From Pyrinomonadaceae bacterium (lineage in GTDB: Bacteria; Acidobacteriota; Blastocatellia; Pyrinomonadales; Pyrinomonadaceae), in contig JBKBYA010000010.1 of the NCBI GenBank assembly GCA_046313635.1, positions 1 to 64,000 of the forward strand: a DNA stretch of 64,000 nt. The letters are read 5' to 3'. This document shows, piece by piece, positions 49,439 through 60,916 of the stretch. A program made the position numbers and the translations under genes. The notes below the pieces were generated by a model, which saw only the letters and a program-made list of their open reading frames with translations, had not been told where the DNA came from and ran no database searches. Numbering within the stretch: the first letter of the stretch is position 1; every line of letters starts with the position of its first letter.

Positions 49439-50482
49439 ATGTCACAGAAGAACGGAAAAATAAGGGCGGCGATCATCGGCGGTTCAGGCTACGGCGGGAG
49501 CGAGCTGCTCCGCATTCTTCTCTTCCATCCGAATGTCGAGATCGTTCTTGCGACCGCCAACGAGCAGGCCGGCAAGCCCGTGTCGGCGGTCCATCGCAAC
49601 CTGCTGGGTTTGACCGATCTCGTTTTTGAGAAGGCTCCAGAAACGGTGGCGGAACTGAGCGAGATCGACGTCGCATTCTTCGCGCTGCCGCACGGTCAGG
49701 CGATGCGGCTGATCCCCGAGCTGCCGGCGTCGGTCAAGGCGATCGACATCTCCGGCGATTTCAGGATCGACGACATGGCCGTCTTTGAGCGGTACTACAA
49801 GCTCCAGCACACCGCGGCCGAGCTGCAAAAGGAGTTTGTCTACGGGTTGACCGAAACCAGTCGCGACAAGATCGCGGCGGCGCGGCTGATCGCAAATCCC
49901 GGATGCTTTGCGACCGCGACGGCCCTCGCTCTCGCGCCGGCCGCGGCAAACGGCCTGATCGCCGGCCGCGTCGTCGTCGACGCAAAGACTGGCTCGTCCG
50001 GCTCTGGCGTCAAGCCGGCGGCGAATACGCATCACCCGCAGCGTATGAATTCGTTCTACGCCTACAAGCCCTTCTCGCACCAGCACGTGCCCGAGATCTC
50101 GCAGCACCTGCGTTCGATCGGCGAGTTCCCTGACGACTTCGTCTTTATGACGCACAGCCTGCCGGTTTCGCGCGGCATCTTTGCGTCGTGCTACTTCGAT
50201 ACGAGGTCGGCGATGACGAGCGAGGAGCTCGCGGACGTCTATCGCTCATTTTACGCGGGCTCATTCTTTGTCCGGCACGTCGAAGGCTCGCCCGATATCA
50301 ACTGGGTCAAGAACACGAATTTCTGCGACATCGCCGTCCACACGAGCGGCACCCACGCCGTGGTCTTCGCGGCGATCGACAATCTCGTCAAAGGCGCGGC
50401 CGGGCAGGCCGTGCAGAACATGAATCTGATGTTCGGCCTCGCGGAGACGACGGGGCTGATCTTCACGGGCAGCAATCCGTAA
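49439..50482 (+). CDS. argC: N-acetyl-gamma-glutamyl-phosphate reductase
   Basis: GGSGYGG, FALPHG, IANPGCFAT, IDNLVKGAAGQAVQNMN. Confidence 0.95.
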   Translation: MSQKNGKIRAAIIGGSGYGGSELLRILLFHPNVEIVLATANEQAGKPVSAVHRNLLGLTDLVFEKAPETVAELSEIDVAFFALPHGQAMRLIPELPASVKAIDISGDFRIDDMAVFERYYKLQHTAAELQKEFVYGLTETSRDKIAAARLIANPGCFATATALALAPAAANGLIAGRVVVDAKTGSSGSGVKPAANTHHPQRMNSFYAYKPFSHQHVPEISQHLRSIGEFPDDFVFMTHSLPVSRGIFASCYFDTRSAMTSEELADVYRSFYAGSFFVRHVEGSPDINWVKNTNFCDIAVHTSGTHAVVFAAIDNLVKGAAGQAVQNMNLMFGLAETTGLIFTGSNP

Positions 50483-50492
50483 CATTGGGCCG

Positions 50493-51668
50493 ATGAACTT
50501 TGAAACGATCAAGGCAGCTGAGGACGAGTTTCAGCTCGCGACCTACAAAAAGATGAATATCGCGGTCGAGCGCGGCCGCGGCGCGTGGGTCTGGACGAGC
50601 GAGGGCGAAAAGTATCTCGATCTATATGGCGGTCACGCCGTGTGCGCGACCGGCCACTCGCATCCGCACGTCGTCGAGGCGATACGGCGGCAGGCCGAGG
50701 AGGTGTTGTTTTATTCGAATCTCGTTTATTCCGAAACGCGTGCCCGCGCGGCGCAAAAGCTGGTCGCGGTCGCGCCGGCGAGCCTTACAAAAGTCTTCTT
50801 TTGCAATTCGGGCACCGAAGCCAACGAGAATGCGATGCGGATGGCGCGTATGGCGACGGGCCGCGAAAAGATCGTGACCTTCTCGGGCGGATTTCACGGC
50901 CGCACGGCCGATGCGATCAGCGCGACATTCCTCGGCAGATATCGCGAAATCGGAAGGCCGAACGTGCCCGGTCACGTGATGGCAGAGTTCGGTGACGTCG
51001 AGAGCACGCGGGCCGCAATAGATGAAGAGACGGCGGCCGTAATGATCGAGCCGATCCAGTCGATGGCGGGTGTACGCGAGGCCGAGCCGGAATTTTTTGT
51101 GGAGCTCCGCAAGGCCTGCGACGCGGTCGGAGCCAAGCTGATCTTCGACGAGGTGCAGACGGGCCTCGGACGAACGGGCGAATGGTTCTTTGCGGGCAGC
51201 TCGCATGCCGGCGGCGTCGAGCCCGACGTCGTCACGCTCGCAAAGTCGCTGGGGAGCGGCGTGCCCGTCGGCGCGTGCCTGGTCAACGAGTCGACGTCGT
51301 CGGCGATCAAAGAGAACGATCTCGGCACGACATTCGGCGGCGGAATGCTCGCGATGGCGGCAACGCTGGCCACGCTCGAGGCGATCGAATCGGACGACAT
51401 GGTCGCCGCCGCGGCGCGTATTGAAGCCGAGATCCGCGCGCAGCTTGAGCGAATCGACGGCGTGTCGAGCGTTCGCGGCAAAGGCTGTCTGCTCGGGATA
51501 GAATTCGCTAACGCAAAGGCTCCAGACATTCACGCGGCGCTGCTCGAGAAGCGGATCATCACCGGCACGTCGAGCGACCCGCGTGTGCTCAGGCTGCTGC
51601 CGCCGCTTTGCGTCGGGTCGGATGAGATCGGTTTGTTTGTCGAGGCATTGAATGAAGCACTTTCTTAG
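50493..51668 (+). CDS. argD: Acetylornithine/succinylornithine aminotransferase
   Basis: FFCNSGTEANE, FHGRT, FDEVQTGLGRTG, TLAKSLG, TTFGG. Confidence 0.9.
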   Translation: MNFETIKAAEDEFQLATYKKMNIAVERGRGAWVWTSEGEKYLDLYGGHAVCATGHSHPHVVEAIRRQAEEVLFYSNLVYSETRARAAQKLVAVAPASLTKVFFCNSGTEANENAMRMARMATGREKIVTFSGGFHGRTADAISATFLGRYREIGRPNVPGHVMAEFGDVESTRAAIDEETAAVMIEPIQSMAGVREAEPEFFVELRKACDAVGAKLIFDEVQTGLGRTGEWFFAGSSHAGGVEPDVVTLAKSLGSGVPVGACLVNESTSSAIKENDLGTTFGGGMLAMAATLATLEAIESDDMVAAAARIEAEIRAQLERIDGVSSVRGKGCLLGIEFANAKAPDIHAALLEKRIITGTSSDPRVLRLLPPLCVGSDEIGLFVEALNEALS

Positions 51669-52647
51669 AACATCGGATCACTCGCGCAGCGATCTCGAGT
51701 CGCTGATCGACGACGCCTTTGCACGCAAGCGCGGCGATGACCGTTCGCGGCCGCTCGACGGCCGTTCGATCGCGCTCGTCTTTTTTAATCCCAGCCTGCG
51801 GACGCGCGCCTCGATGCAGGTCGGGATCTACGAGCTCGGCGGCAACGCCGTCATACTCGAGCCGGGCAGCACGTCTTGGACGCTCGAGCATCGCGAAGGC
51901 GTCGTGATGGACGGCGGCAAGACCGAGCACCTTAAAGAATTTGTCCAGGTGCTCGAACGCTACGTATCGGCGATCGGCGTGCGCACCTTTGCCGAGCTCA
52001 AAGATTGGCCGGCCGAACGCGAAGACCCGGTCCTCGCCGCCTTTGCACGTTACGCTTCAAAGCCGGTCATCAATCTCGAGTCGGCAATGCACCACCCGTG
52101 TCAGGCGATGGCGGATATGATGACCATTCGAGAACGCTTCGGCAGCGAGAAGAAAAAAGTGCTGCTGACCTGGGCCTGGCATCCGAAGCCGCTGCCGATG
52201 GCCGTGCCAAACAGTTTCGCGCTCGCCTCGGCCCAGCTCGGCCACGACCTACGCATCGCGCATCCGCCGGGCTACGAGCTGGACGAAGAACTCGTCGCGG
52301 AGATGCGCGAGCACGCGGACGCGAATGGCGGAAGCGTCGAATTTACCGACGACGTCGACGCGGCGTTCGACGGCGTCGAGGTCGTATATGCGAAGAGCTG
52401 GGGAGCGGCAAAGTTTTACGGCCGGCCCGACGCCGACATCGAGCACCGCGCCGCATTGCGTGATAAATGGATCGTCGATGCCGAAAAGATGCGGCGGACA
52501 AATGACGGCGTCTTTATGCACTGCCTGCCGGTACGCCGCAACGTGATCGTGACCGACGAGGTCATCGACTCGCCGAATTCCCTCGTGATCGACGAGGCGG
52601 AGAACCGGCTCCATATTCAGAAAGCGATCATGGCGAGGTTGATCTGA
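51652..52647 (+). CDS. argF: N-acyl-ornithine carbamoyltransferase (ArgF', AOTCase/SOTCase type)
   Basis: FFNPSLRT, MDGGKTEH loop, HPCQ, LTWAWHPKPLP, HCLPVRRN; these differ from classical OTCase (STRT, SMG). Confidence 0.9.
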   Translation: MKHFLRTSDHSRSDLESLIDDAFARKRGDDRSRPLDGRSIALVFFNPSLRTRASMQVGIYELGGNAVILEPGSTSWTLEHREGVVMDGGKTEHLKEFVQVLERYVSAIGVRTFAELKDWPAEREDPVLAAFARYASKPVINLESAMHHPCQAMADMMTIRERFGSEKKKVLLTWAWHPKPLPMAVPNSFALASAQLGHDLRIAHPPGYELDEELVAEMREHADANGGSVEFTDDVDAAFDGVEVVYAKSWGAAKFYGRPDADIEHRAALRDKWIVDAEKMRRTNDGVFMHCLPVRRNVIVTDEVIDSPNSLVIDEAENRLHIQKAIMARLI

Positions 52648-53537
52648 TGGACATAAATACACTCGACCTGCTGAGGGAAGCTCTGCCCTACATTCAAAAA
52701 TTCAAGGGCAGTACATTTGTCGTCAAGCTCTCGGGCAAGGTTACGGAGGACAAGGAAAATCTTGCATCGCTCGCAGAGGAGCTGGCGCTCTTGCATCAGG
52801 TCGGCATACGCGTGTGCGTCGTGCACGGCGGCGGTAAGCAGCTCACCGAGCTCGCCGGCAAGCTCGGCGTCGAGCAAACGGTCGTCGAGGGACGACGCGT
52901 TACCGACGACGACACGCTCGACCTGGCGATGATGGTCTTTCGAGGCAAGATCAACACCGAGATCCTCTCGGCGCTCCGGCATCGCGGCACGCATGCGGTC
53001 GGGCTGTCGGGTGTCGACGGCGGCGTGGTAAAAGCCGTGAGGCGGCCGCCGAAAAAGGTGCTTAATCGCGAGACCGGCAGCGAAGAGACCGTGGACTACG
53101 GCCACGTCGGCGACGTTGTCGACGTCGACGCACGTCTAATTCACATCCTGCTCGACGGCGACTACATGCCGGTCATCTCGTCGCTCGGTGCGGACGACGA
53201 AGGCAACATATTTAACATCAACGCAGATACGATCGCTGCCGAGATAGCCGTCCGACTGCAGGCGGAAAAGCTCATTCTGCTCTCGGATGTGAACGGCATC
53301 TATCTCGACCCCGCGGACGACTCGACCAAGATCGATCGCCTGACGATCGCCGACGCCGCGGAGATGATCGCATCTGGCCGCGCGACCGGCGGGATGATAC
53401 CAAAGCTTCAGAATCTCGTCTCGCTCGTCTCTCGCGGCGTGCATTCGGCGCACGTGATCGGCGGCACGCGGCGCAACGCTCTGCTCTCCGAGGTCTTTAC
53501 CGACGAGGGTACGGGCACGATGATCGTCGCGGAATAA
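52647..53537 (+). CDS. argB: Acetylglutamate kinase
   Basis: LREALPYIQKF, VVHGGG, GRRVTD, NINADT, GGMIPKL, EVFTDEGTGT. Confidence 0.93.
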   Translation: MDINTLDLLREALPYIQKFKGSTFVVKLSGKVTEDKENLASLAEELALLHQVGIRVCVVHGGGKQLTELAGKLGVEQTVVEGRRVTDDDTLDLAMMVFRGKINTEILSALRHRGTHAVGLSGVDGGVVKAVRRPPKKVLNRETGSEETVDYGHVGDVVDVDARLIHILLDGDYMPVISSLGADDEGNIFNINADTIAAEIAVRLQAEKLILLSDVNGIYLDPADDSTKIDRLTIADAAEMIASGRATGGMIPKLQNLVSLVSRGVHSAHVIGGTRRNALLSEVFTDEGTGTMIVAE

Positions 53538-53541
53538 AACG

Positions 53542-53575
53542 AAAAAGAGCAGGTCGCTTGACCTGCTCCTTTCTT
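53542..53575. terminator. Bidirectional terminator between argB and tRNA-Leu
   Basis: AAAAA-GAGCAGGTC-GCTT-GACCTGCTC-CTTTCTT. Confidence 0.8.
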
Positions 53576-53580
53576 AGAGA

Positions 53581-53665
53581 TGGTGCCGAGGGCGGGACTC
53601 GAACCCGCACGGATCGCTCCACACGCCCCTCAAACGTGCGCGGCTACCAATTACGCCACCTCGGC
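53581..53665 (-). tRNA. tRNA-Leu(GAG)
   Basis: GCCGAGG acceptor stem, anticodon arm CACGT-TTGAGGG-GCGTG, long variable arm, GGTTCGAGTCC T-arm, encoded CCA; downstream of secG. Confidence 0.96.
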
Positions 53666-53708
53666 TTTTCTGACTCGGGCCCTACAGATCGTGCCCGGTG
53701 TAAAAGAA

Positions 53709-54149
53709 CTATTTGTTTGCGGCCGGTGCCGAGTTTGCGGCAGGAGCGTTGGCGTTCGCATTCGCCGCATCCTGCTTAAACTCTTCGGTCGCGGGAGTCT
53801 CGATCAAAGCGCCGTTAGAATTTGCGGCGGCGTTCGAGTCTGCGGCTCCGCTCGACGGCTCGCCGGCGACCGGGATCTCAACGGGAGCCTCGGCGGGAGC
53901 CGAATTCAAAACCGACACGTTTCCGCTCAAAGCCGGCATCGAGATCATCAGGGCCGAGATCATAAAGACCGCGGCGGTGATGATCGTGATCTTTGAAAGC
54001 ACGGTCGCCGTGCCGCGCGGGCCAAAGGCGTTGCTCGATACGTTGCTGGTAAAGAGCGCTCCCGCGTCGGTCTTGCCGGGCTGCAGCAGCACGACCGCGA
54101 TCAGCACCAGGCACGAGAGGAAAAAGATTGTGTACAAAACGTAAAGCAA
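53709..54149 (-). CDS. secG: Preprotein translocase subunit SecG
   Basis: VVLLQPGK...FGPRGTATVLSKIT with two TMs, low-complexity tail, tpiA-secG-tRNA-Leu synteny. Confidence 0.9.
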   Translation of the reverse strand: MLYVLYTIFFLSCLVLIAVVLLQPGKTDAGALFTSNVSSNAFGPRGTATVLSKITIITAAVFMISALMISMPALSGNVSVLNSAPAEAPVEIPVAGEPSSGAADSNAAANSNGALIETPATEEFKQDAANANANAPAANSAPAANK

Positions 54150-54167
54150 AGTGTTTACCGTCCGAAT

Positions 54168-54923
54168 CTATTTGTAATTGACGATCGCGGCGAAGCTGTG
54201 AGCGTCGAGACTGGCCCCGCCGACGAGTGCCCCGTCAACATCGGGCTGGTCCATCAACGACCGGATATTGTCGGGTTTTACCGAACCGCCGTACAAAATT
54301 CTCAAAGCACCGGCCGGCTCGCTGCCATGCACCTCCGCAAAAACCTGCCGGATGTAGCCGTGCATTTCTTGAGCCTGTTCAGGCGTCGCGGTTTTACCCG
54401 TTCCGATCGCCCAGACAGGCTCGTAAGCAATGATGATACGTTCCGCATCTGCTCGTGTCAAACCCTCAAGACCGCCGATTAATTGGGCGCGAACGACCTT
54501 TTCGGCGTTGCCCGAGGTGCGCTCGGCGAGCGACTCGCCGACGCACACGATCGGCTGCAGACCGGCGGCAAGGGCCGCTTTTGTCTTCCGATTTACGGAC
54601 GCGTCGGTCTCGCAGTAGTACTGCCGGCGCTCGGAATGGCCGATTATCACGGCCGAACAGCCGACATCCCTGAGCATTGCGGCGTTGACCTCGCCGGTGT
54701 GCGCGCCCTCGGCCGTCTCGGTCGAGCAGTCTTGCGCGGCGATGCGAATATTCGAGCCCTCGAGCCGGTCAGCGACGACCTTCAACGCGGTAAAGACCGG
54801 CGCGATCACGACGTCGCAGTGATTCGCATTCGCGACTAGCGGCTTGAGCGCGAGAGCCGTCTCGACGGCCTCGCCGAGCAGCTTGTACATTTTCCAGTTT
54901 CCGGCGATCAGCGGCTTTCTCAT
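54168..54923 (-). CDS. tpiA: Triosephosphate isomerase
   Basis: [40 protein letters not shown]. Confidence 0.97.
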   Translation of the reverse strand: MRKPLIAGNWKMYKLLGEAVETALALKPLVANANHCDVVIAPVFTALKVVADRLEGSNIRIAAQDCSTETAEGAHTGEVNAAMLRDVGCSAVIIGHSERRQYYCETDASVNRKTKAALAAGLQPIVCVGESLAERTSGNAEKVVRAQLIGGLEGLTRADAERIIIAYEPVWAIGTGKTATPEQAQEMHGYIRQVFAEVHGSEPAGALRILYGGSVKPDNIRSLMDQPDVDGALVGGASLDAHSFAAIVNYK

Positions 54924-54927
54924 TGGA

Positions 54928-56241
54928 TCATTTGTCATCGAGGGCTGCTACGCCCGGCAGAATGGCGCCGGCAAGAAATTCGAGCGTCGCGCCGCCGCCC
55001 GTGGAGATGTGCGAGATGCGCTGCTCGACCCCGGCCAGCTTGACGGCCGAGACCGAGTCGCCTCCGCCGATGATCGAGACGGCCCCTTTGTCGGTGGCTT
55101 CGGCGACGGCATGTGCGATCGCGATCGTTCCCTCGTCGAACGGCTTTTCTTCAAACATCCCCATCGGGCCGTTCCAAACGATCGTCTTTGCGCCCTCGAG
55201 AGCGTGCTTGTATCGCTCGATTGTCTCCGTGCCGATGTCGAGGCCGACGAGGCCCGCATTAGTAAAGTCGATCGGGATGGTCTTGCGCGAATTGAGCGGA
55301 TCGTAAGAGTCAACGACCTGATGGTCGGTCGGCAGCAAAAGTTCGACGCCCGCCTCGCGTGCCTTTTGCTCGATCTTGAGCGCGGTCTCGAGCATCTCGT
55401 CCTCGACGAGCGATTTGCCGACGGTGAAGCCGTTCGCCTTAAAGAAGGTGTACGCCATCGCGCCGCCGATCAGCAGCTTGTCGACCCGCCGTTCGATGAG
55501 CGATTCGATCACGGGTATCTTGTCGGAGACCTTTGCTCCGCCGAGGATCGCGACGAACGGGCGGTCGGGTTCGTGCAGAGCTTTGCCGAGAAAGGCGAGC
55601 TCTTTTTCCATCAGCAGTCCGGCGACGCAGGCGTCCACGTAATGCGTGATCCCCTCGGTCGACGCGTGTGCCCGGTGCGCGGTGCCGAAGGCGTCGTTGA
55701 CATAAACGTCGCAAAGGGCCGCGAGCTGTGCGGCGAACTCGGGATCGTTCTTTTCCTCGCCGGCGTGAAGCCTGAGGTTTTCAAGCAGCAGCACCTGGCC
55801 GTCAGTCAGTCGCTCAACCGCCTGTCTCGCCTCTTCGCCGATGCAGTCGCCGGCAAAGAAAACGCGTTCGTTCCGGATCTCGGCCTTCCCCACCGCCGCG
55901 CCCTCGGCGGCGGCGAGAGGCTGTTCGGGCGACGATCCCGAGACGTCCCGGAGTTCGGGCAGCGTTCTCAGAAATTCGTAAACCGGCCGTAAAGAATATT
56001 TCGACGCGTCGTACGGCATTCCCTTTTCCTCGGCCTTTTGCTTGTCCTTGATCGGCCGGCCGAGATGCGACGCGAGGATCACTTTCGCATTATGGGCGAT
56101 CGCATATTCGATCGTCGGCATCGCGCCGATGATGCGCGTCGCGTCGGTGATCTTTCCGTCCTTGATGGGCACGTTGAAATCGACCCGGATGAAGACTCTC
56201 TTTCCGGCGATATCGATATCTCGAATGGTCTTTTTATTCAT
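54928..56241 (-). CDS. pgk: Phosphoglycerate kinase
   Basis: [41 protein letters not shown]. Confidence 0.97.
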   Translation of the reverse strand: MNKKTIRDIDIAGKRVFIRVDFNVPIKDGKITDATRIIGAMPTIEYAIAHNAKVILASHLGRPIKDKQKAEEKGMPYDASKYSLRPVYEFLRTLPELRDVSGSSPEQPLAAAEGAAVGKAEIRNERVFFAGDCIGEEARQAVERLTDGQVLLLENLRLHAGEEKNDPEFAAQLAALCDVYVNDAFGTAHRAHASTEGITHYVDACVAGLLMEKELAFLGKALHEPDRPFVAILGGAKVSDKIPVIESLIERRVDKLLIGGAMAYTFFKANGFTVGKSLVEDEMLETALKIEQKAREAGVELLLPTDHQVVDSYDPLNSRKTIPIDFTNAGLVGLDIGTETIERYKHALEGAKTIVWNGPMGMFEEKPFDEGTIAIAHAVAEATDKGAVSIIGGGDSVSAVKLAGVEQRISHISTGGGATLEFLAGAILPGVAALDDK

Positions 56242-56306
56242 TGACAACCTCCACTGTCGCCGATGCGGGGCGGCAGGGTTCACAAACAAACTTGGCGGGC
56301 CTTAGA

Positions 56307-57347
<1,041 letters not shown>

Positions 57348-57510
57348 CTAAAACTTTGAAGATAAACGAATCGACGTCAAACTTCAACGAGCATCCCGGC
57401 CGCTGCGCGCGGCCAATTAGTTGAAACTCGATCAGATAAAAGAGCGTAGTAGCCGGTTGAGTCAGCTTTAGATAGATTTGAATCAGCTTTTCCCGAAAAC
57501 TCCAGAAAAA

Positions 57511-59310
57511 ATGATGATCGCCCGCAAAATTGCATTCGCCTCTCTCGCGTCCGCGACGATGGCGCTGGCGTCTGCCGGAGGCGTGTATTGCCAGCAGACG
57601 AGTAACGAAGCGCCGCAGACCGGCATCGTCGAGATCAAGTTCGCCGCTCCGGCCGCCGGCCGCCGCGCCGGTGACCAGGCTCCCTCGCCCGACCTCGCTC
57701 GCGCGGGCGTACAGACAGCTCAGCCCGTCTCGATATCGCTCAACGATGCGATCCGCCGAGCGCTCGCGAACAATAACTCGATCGAGGTGTCGCGGGGCGA
57801 CGTCAGGTTTCAGGCGACGCAGGTCGAGGCGCTCAAGGGATTCTACGATCCGGTTTTTCAGTCGACGCCGACTTACACGCGAACGTCCCGGACGGGCTCG
57901 ACCGCGACCAACGACATTCGCCTCAATTCGGGCGTCAGCGGATCGATCAAGCCGGGCGGCGGAGACTACCAGTTCTTTTTCAACAACGCCCGTACCGAGA
58001 GCGCCTTCGCGCAGGCGCAGGCGACGTCCGGTTCGGTGACGGCAAGCAGCGGAGCTCTCTACACCTCGGCGCTCGGCGTGCAGTACAACCAGCCTCTGCT
58101 GCGAAACTTCGCCATCGACAGCACTCGGCGGAACATACGCATCGCCAAGAAGCGTCTCGAGCAGAACGATGCCGATTTCCGCACGACCGCGGTCGACACG
58201 GTCAATCAGGTGCAGCGTGCATATTGGGACCTCGTTTTTGCTCTGCGTGACCAGCAGAATCAGATCGCGAACGTCAACCTCGCGCGCGAGAACCTTCGCC
58301 AGGCCGAGGCCCGCATCGACGCAGGCGCAGCGGCCCCGCTCGAACGGGCCGAGGTCGCGACCGAGCTGGCAAACCGTGAGGCGAGCCTGCTGCTCGCCAC
58401 GCAGCAGGTTTCGATCGCAGAGAATCGTCTAAAGCAGCTCGTTCTTCGCGATCCGCTGTCGGTCGAGTGGTCGCAGAGCTTTACGCCGGTTGACGCTCCC
58501 GCCGTCACTGACGAGCCGGTGAGCATGGAGCAGGCTGTGAGAGATGCGATACAAAATCGTCATGAGCTCAAACGACTTCGTCTCGAGCGGGAGATCAACG
58601 AGGTCGACATCCGCTACTTCAAAGATCAGCTCAGACCGCAGGTCGACCTGAATACGACGGTTTCGCTTAACGGCCTTTCGCGCGGCGGAGCCAACAACGG
58701 TTTTGTCACAAACCAGTTCACAGGCACCAATGAACTCGCTCTCCTCAGCGGCCTCAACCGTGCGCTGGCCGCGCTAAATCAGCCGACGGTGCCCAACCCT
58801 TCGATCACGATCCCGCCGCAGCCCGCTTTCTTTTACGGCGGATTTGATCGGTCGCTGGGCAATCTGTTTCGGACGGACGCGCCTAATTTTTCGCTTGGCG
58901 TGACGATCTCATTCCCTTTCCGCAATCGCACGGCAAAGGCCAACCTTGCCGGGGCACGCGTCATCGAGGAGCAGCTCGCGGCCCGCACGCGTGCTCAGGA
59001 GCAAGCCGTGATCGTCGAGGTCCGCAATGCCGTGCAGGCGGTCGAGACCGCACGGCAGCGTGTGCTTACCGCTCGGCGGGCGCGTGAGAATGCGGAGATC
59101 CAGCTCGCCGGCGAAAAGAAGCTCTATGAGGCAGGGCGTTCGACGACATTCCTGCTCTTTCAGCGAGAGAATGCTCTGACCAACGCCCGCAACGCCGAGA
59201 TCCGCTCTGAGACCGATTACAACAAGGCCGTCGCCGACCTTCAGCGGGCGACGTCGACCTCTCTGACGGCAAACGGCGTCGAGGTCGATAATCCCGTTCC
59301 GCAGCAATGA
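57511..59310 (+). CDS. TolC-family outer-membrane efflux protein
   Basis: Signal peptide, ISLNDAIRRALANN, YNQPLLRNF, VQRAYWDL, two helical OEP repeats. Confidence 0.88.
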   Translation: MMIARKIAFASLASATMALASAGGVYCQQTSNEAPQTGIVEIKFAAPAAGRRAGDQAPSPDLARAGVQTAQPVSISLNDAIRRALANNNSIEVSRGDVRFQATQVEALKGFYDPVFQSTPTYTRTSRTGSTATNDIRLNSGVSGSIKPGGGDYQFFFNNARTESAFAQAQATSGSVTASSGALYTSALGVQYNQPLLRNFAIDSTRRNIRIAKKRLEQNDADFRTTAVDTVNQVQRAYWDLVFALRDQQNQIANVNLARENLRQAEARIDAGAAAPLERAEVATELANREASLLLATQQVSIAENRLKQLVLRDPLSVEWSQSFTPVDAPAVTDEPVSMEQAVRDAIQNRHELKRLRLEREINEVDIRYFKDQLRPQVDLNTTVSLNGLSRGGANNGFVTNQFTGTNELALLSGLNRALAALNQPTVPNPSITIPPQPAFFYGGFDRSLGNLFRTDAPNFSLGVTISFPFRNRTAKANLAGARVIEEQLAARTRAQEQAVIVEVRNAVQAVETARQRVLTARRARENAEIQLAGEKKLYEAGRSTTFLLFQRENALTNARNAEIRSETDYNKAVADLQRATSTSLTANGVEVDNPVPQQ

Positions 59311-59391
59311 CACACGCAGGCATTTTGTCATCGGGGGCCGGCGCGTGCCGGCCCTTTTGAGTTTGCGCCTATCTTTGCGACAATCCACGGC

Positions 59392-60159
59392 GTGAAGATC
59401 TCGGCCGTCATCATCACCCGTGACGAGGAGCGCAATATCGCAGACTGCATCAAGTCGGTCGAATGGGCCGACGAGGTGCTCGTCGTTGATTCGGGCAGCG
59501 AGGACGCGACGACCGACATCGCGGTGCGTCTCGGCGCACGCGTCGTTGCGCGAGAGTGGCGAGGCTTTGCCGATCAAAAGCAATTTGCCGCCGAGACGGC
59601 CGCGAACGATTGGATCTTGAGTCTCGACGCGGACGAGCGCGTTACCGCCGAGCTTGCCCGCGAGATAGACGATCTGCGTTCGAGTTCGCGACTCGCCGAT
59701 CACGACGCCTACAGCATCCCGCGGCTGTCGGTTTATATGGGGCGAGAGATCAGGCACGGCGGCTGGTACCCCGACCGCCAGACGCGGCTCTTTGACCGGC
59801 GGCGTGCGTCGTGGAGGCGGCGCGTGATACACGAGTCTATCGAGCTTGAGCGGCCCGACCGGCTCGGCAGACTGCAGGGCGATATCGTGCACTATTCGGT
59901 GCGGAGCGCGGCCGAGCACGCGCGAATGATCGTCGAGCGCTATGCTCCGCTCTCAGCCGAACAAATGCTCGCCGACGGCCGCACGACCTCGCCGCTTCGG
60001 ATCGCGTTGGCCGGGCCCGAGGCGTTCTTTCGCTCGTATCTGCTGCGGGCCGGCTGTCTCGACGGATTTCCCGGATTTTGTATCGCCGGCTTTGCCGCGT
60101 TCAATTCGTTTCTCAAGCATTTGCTGCTCTACGACAAGCAGCGCTCTCGACGCGCCTAG
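59392..60159 (+). CDS. Family 2 glycosyltransferase (WaaE/LgtF-like)
   Basis: ISAVIITRDEERNI, VVDSGSED, WILSLDADE, GWYPD...RLF, HE. Confidence 0.9.
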   Translation: MKISAVIITRDEERNIADCIKSVEWADEVLVVDSGSEDATTDIAVRLGARVVAREWRGFADQKQFAAETAANDWILSLDADERVTAELAREIDDLRSSSRLADHDAYSIPRLSVYMGREIRHGGWYPDRQTRLFDRRRASWRRRVIHESIELERPDRLGRLQGDIVHYSVRSAAEHARMIVERYAPLSAEQMLADGRTTSPLRIALAGPEAFFRSYLLRAGCLDGFPGFCIAGFAAFNSFLKHLLLYDKQRSRRA

Positions 60160-60275
60160 CAAGTGGCCTCGGCCGCAACAACCGTGACACGCCTTTGGCG
60201 CATCATATTCTTGCCACCGGTACGGTCAACGGACTATTCTGAACTCGGTAAGCTCGGATCGCCGTAAAAAAAAGT

Positions 60276-60899
60276 ATGAAGAGCACTCTCAACCTGCTTC
60301 TCGTTCTAGTGCTGGCGACCCTCAGCGCTTTTGGGCAAAAGGGCATCGACACGCAGACGCAGCGAATAAAGCAGGACGCCAACCGCACGACGACGCGGGA
60401 GGGCGACGCCAACCGGTCGTTCGATTGGGGCAAGGGCAAGACCCGCGTCCGCGACCGGCTCGACAACCCTTACCGGTTCAGCGCGCGGCGCGATATGCTG
60501 ATCGACAGCGTGATGCAGGTACTCAAAGACAAGCATCTCATCGTCGACGACGCGGCGTCGCGGCTCCGCGAAGGCATCATCGTTACGCAGCCGTACGTTT
60601 TTGCAAAGGGGCCTGTGACCACGCCAAGCGAATTGAGCCGATACGCCGACCTCGCTCCGGGCGGGGCGTGGTCGCGAGCTCAGTACACGCTTACGATCGA
60701 GGTACAGCCGGTCGACGGCATCCGCCATAACGTCTCGGTCACAGCCAAGGTAGAGGGGCGCTCGGGTAACGGATTGATGTCGGAGTGGACGACGGTCCAG
60801 AGCTCGGGCCTCGCCGAGGACGAGTTTCTCGCGAAGCTCGTCGAAGCCATGACCGGAGCGTCGCCGGACGCTCCTCAAGACACGGGCGAGAAGCCGTAG
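60276..60899 (+). CDS. Exported hypothetical protein
   Basis: Signal peptide (…LSAFG), 207 aa; no family recognised. Confidence 0.7.
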   Translation: MKSTLNLLLVLVLATLSAFGQKGIDTQTQRIKQDANRTTTREGDANRSFDWGKGKTRVRDRLDNPYRFSARRDMLIDSVMQVLKDKHLIVDDAASRLREGIIVTQPYVFAKGPVTTPSELSRYADLAPGGAWSRAQYTLTIEVQPVDGIRHNVSVTAKVEGRSGNGLMSEWTTVQSSGLAEDEFLAKLVEAMTGASPDAPQDTGEKP

Positions 60900-60916
60900 C
60901 CCGCACGCGGTCATTT

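Noticed and set aside
53580..53996. 138-aa ORF starting MVPRAGLEPAR, and the tRNA as a possible integration site
   Set aside because: The ORF is the antisense reading of tRNA-Leu/secG; no integrase or duplicated tRNA 3' end was seen.
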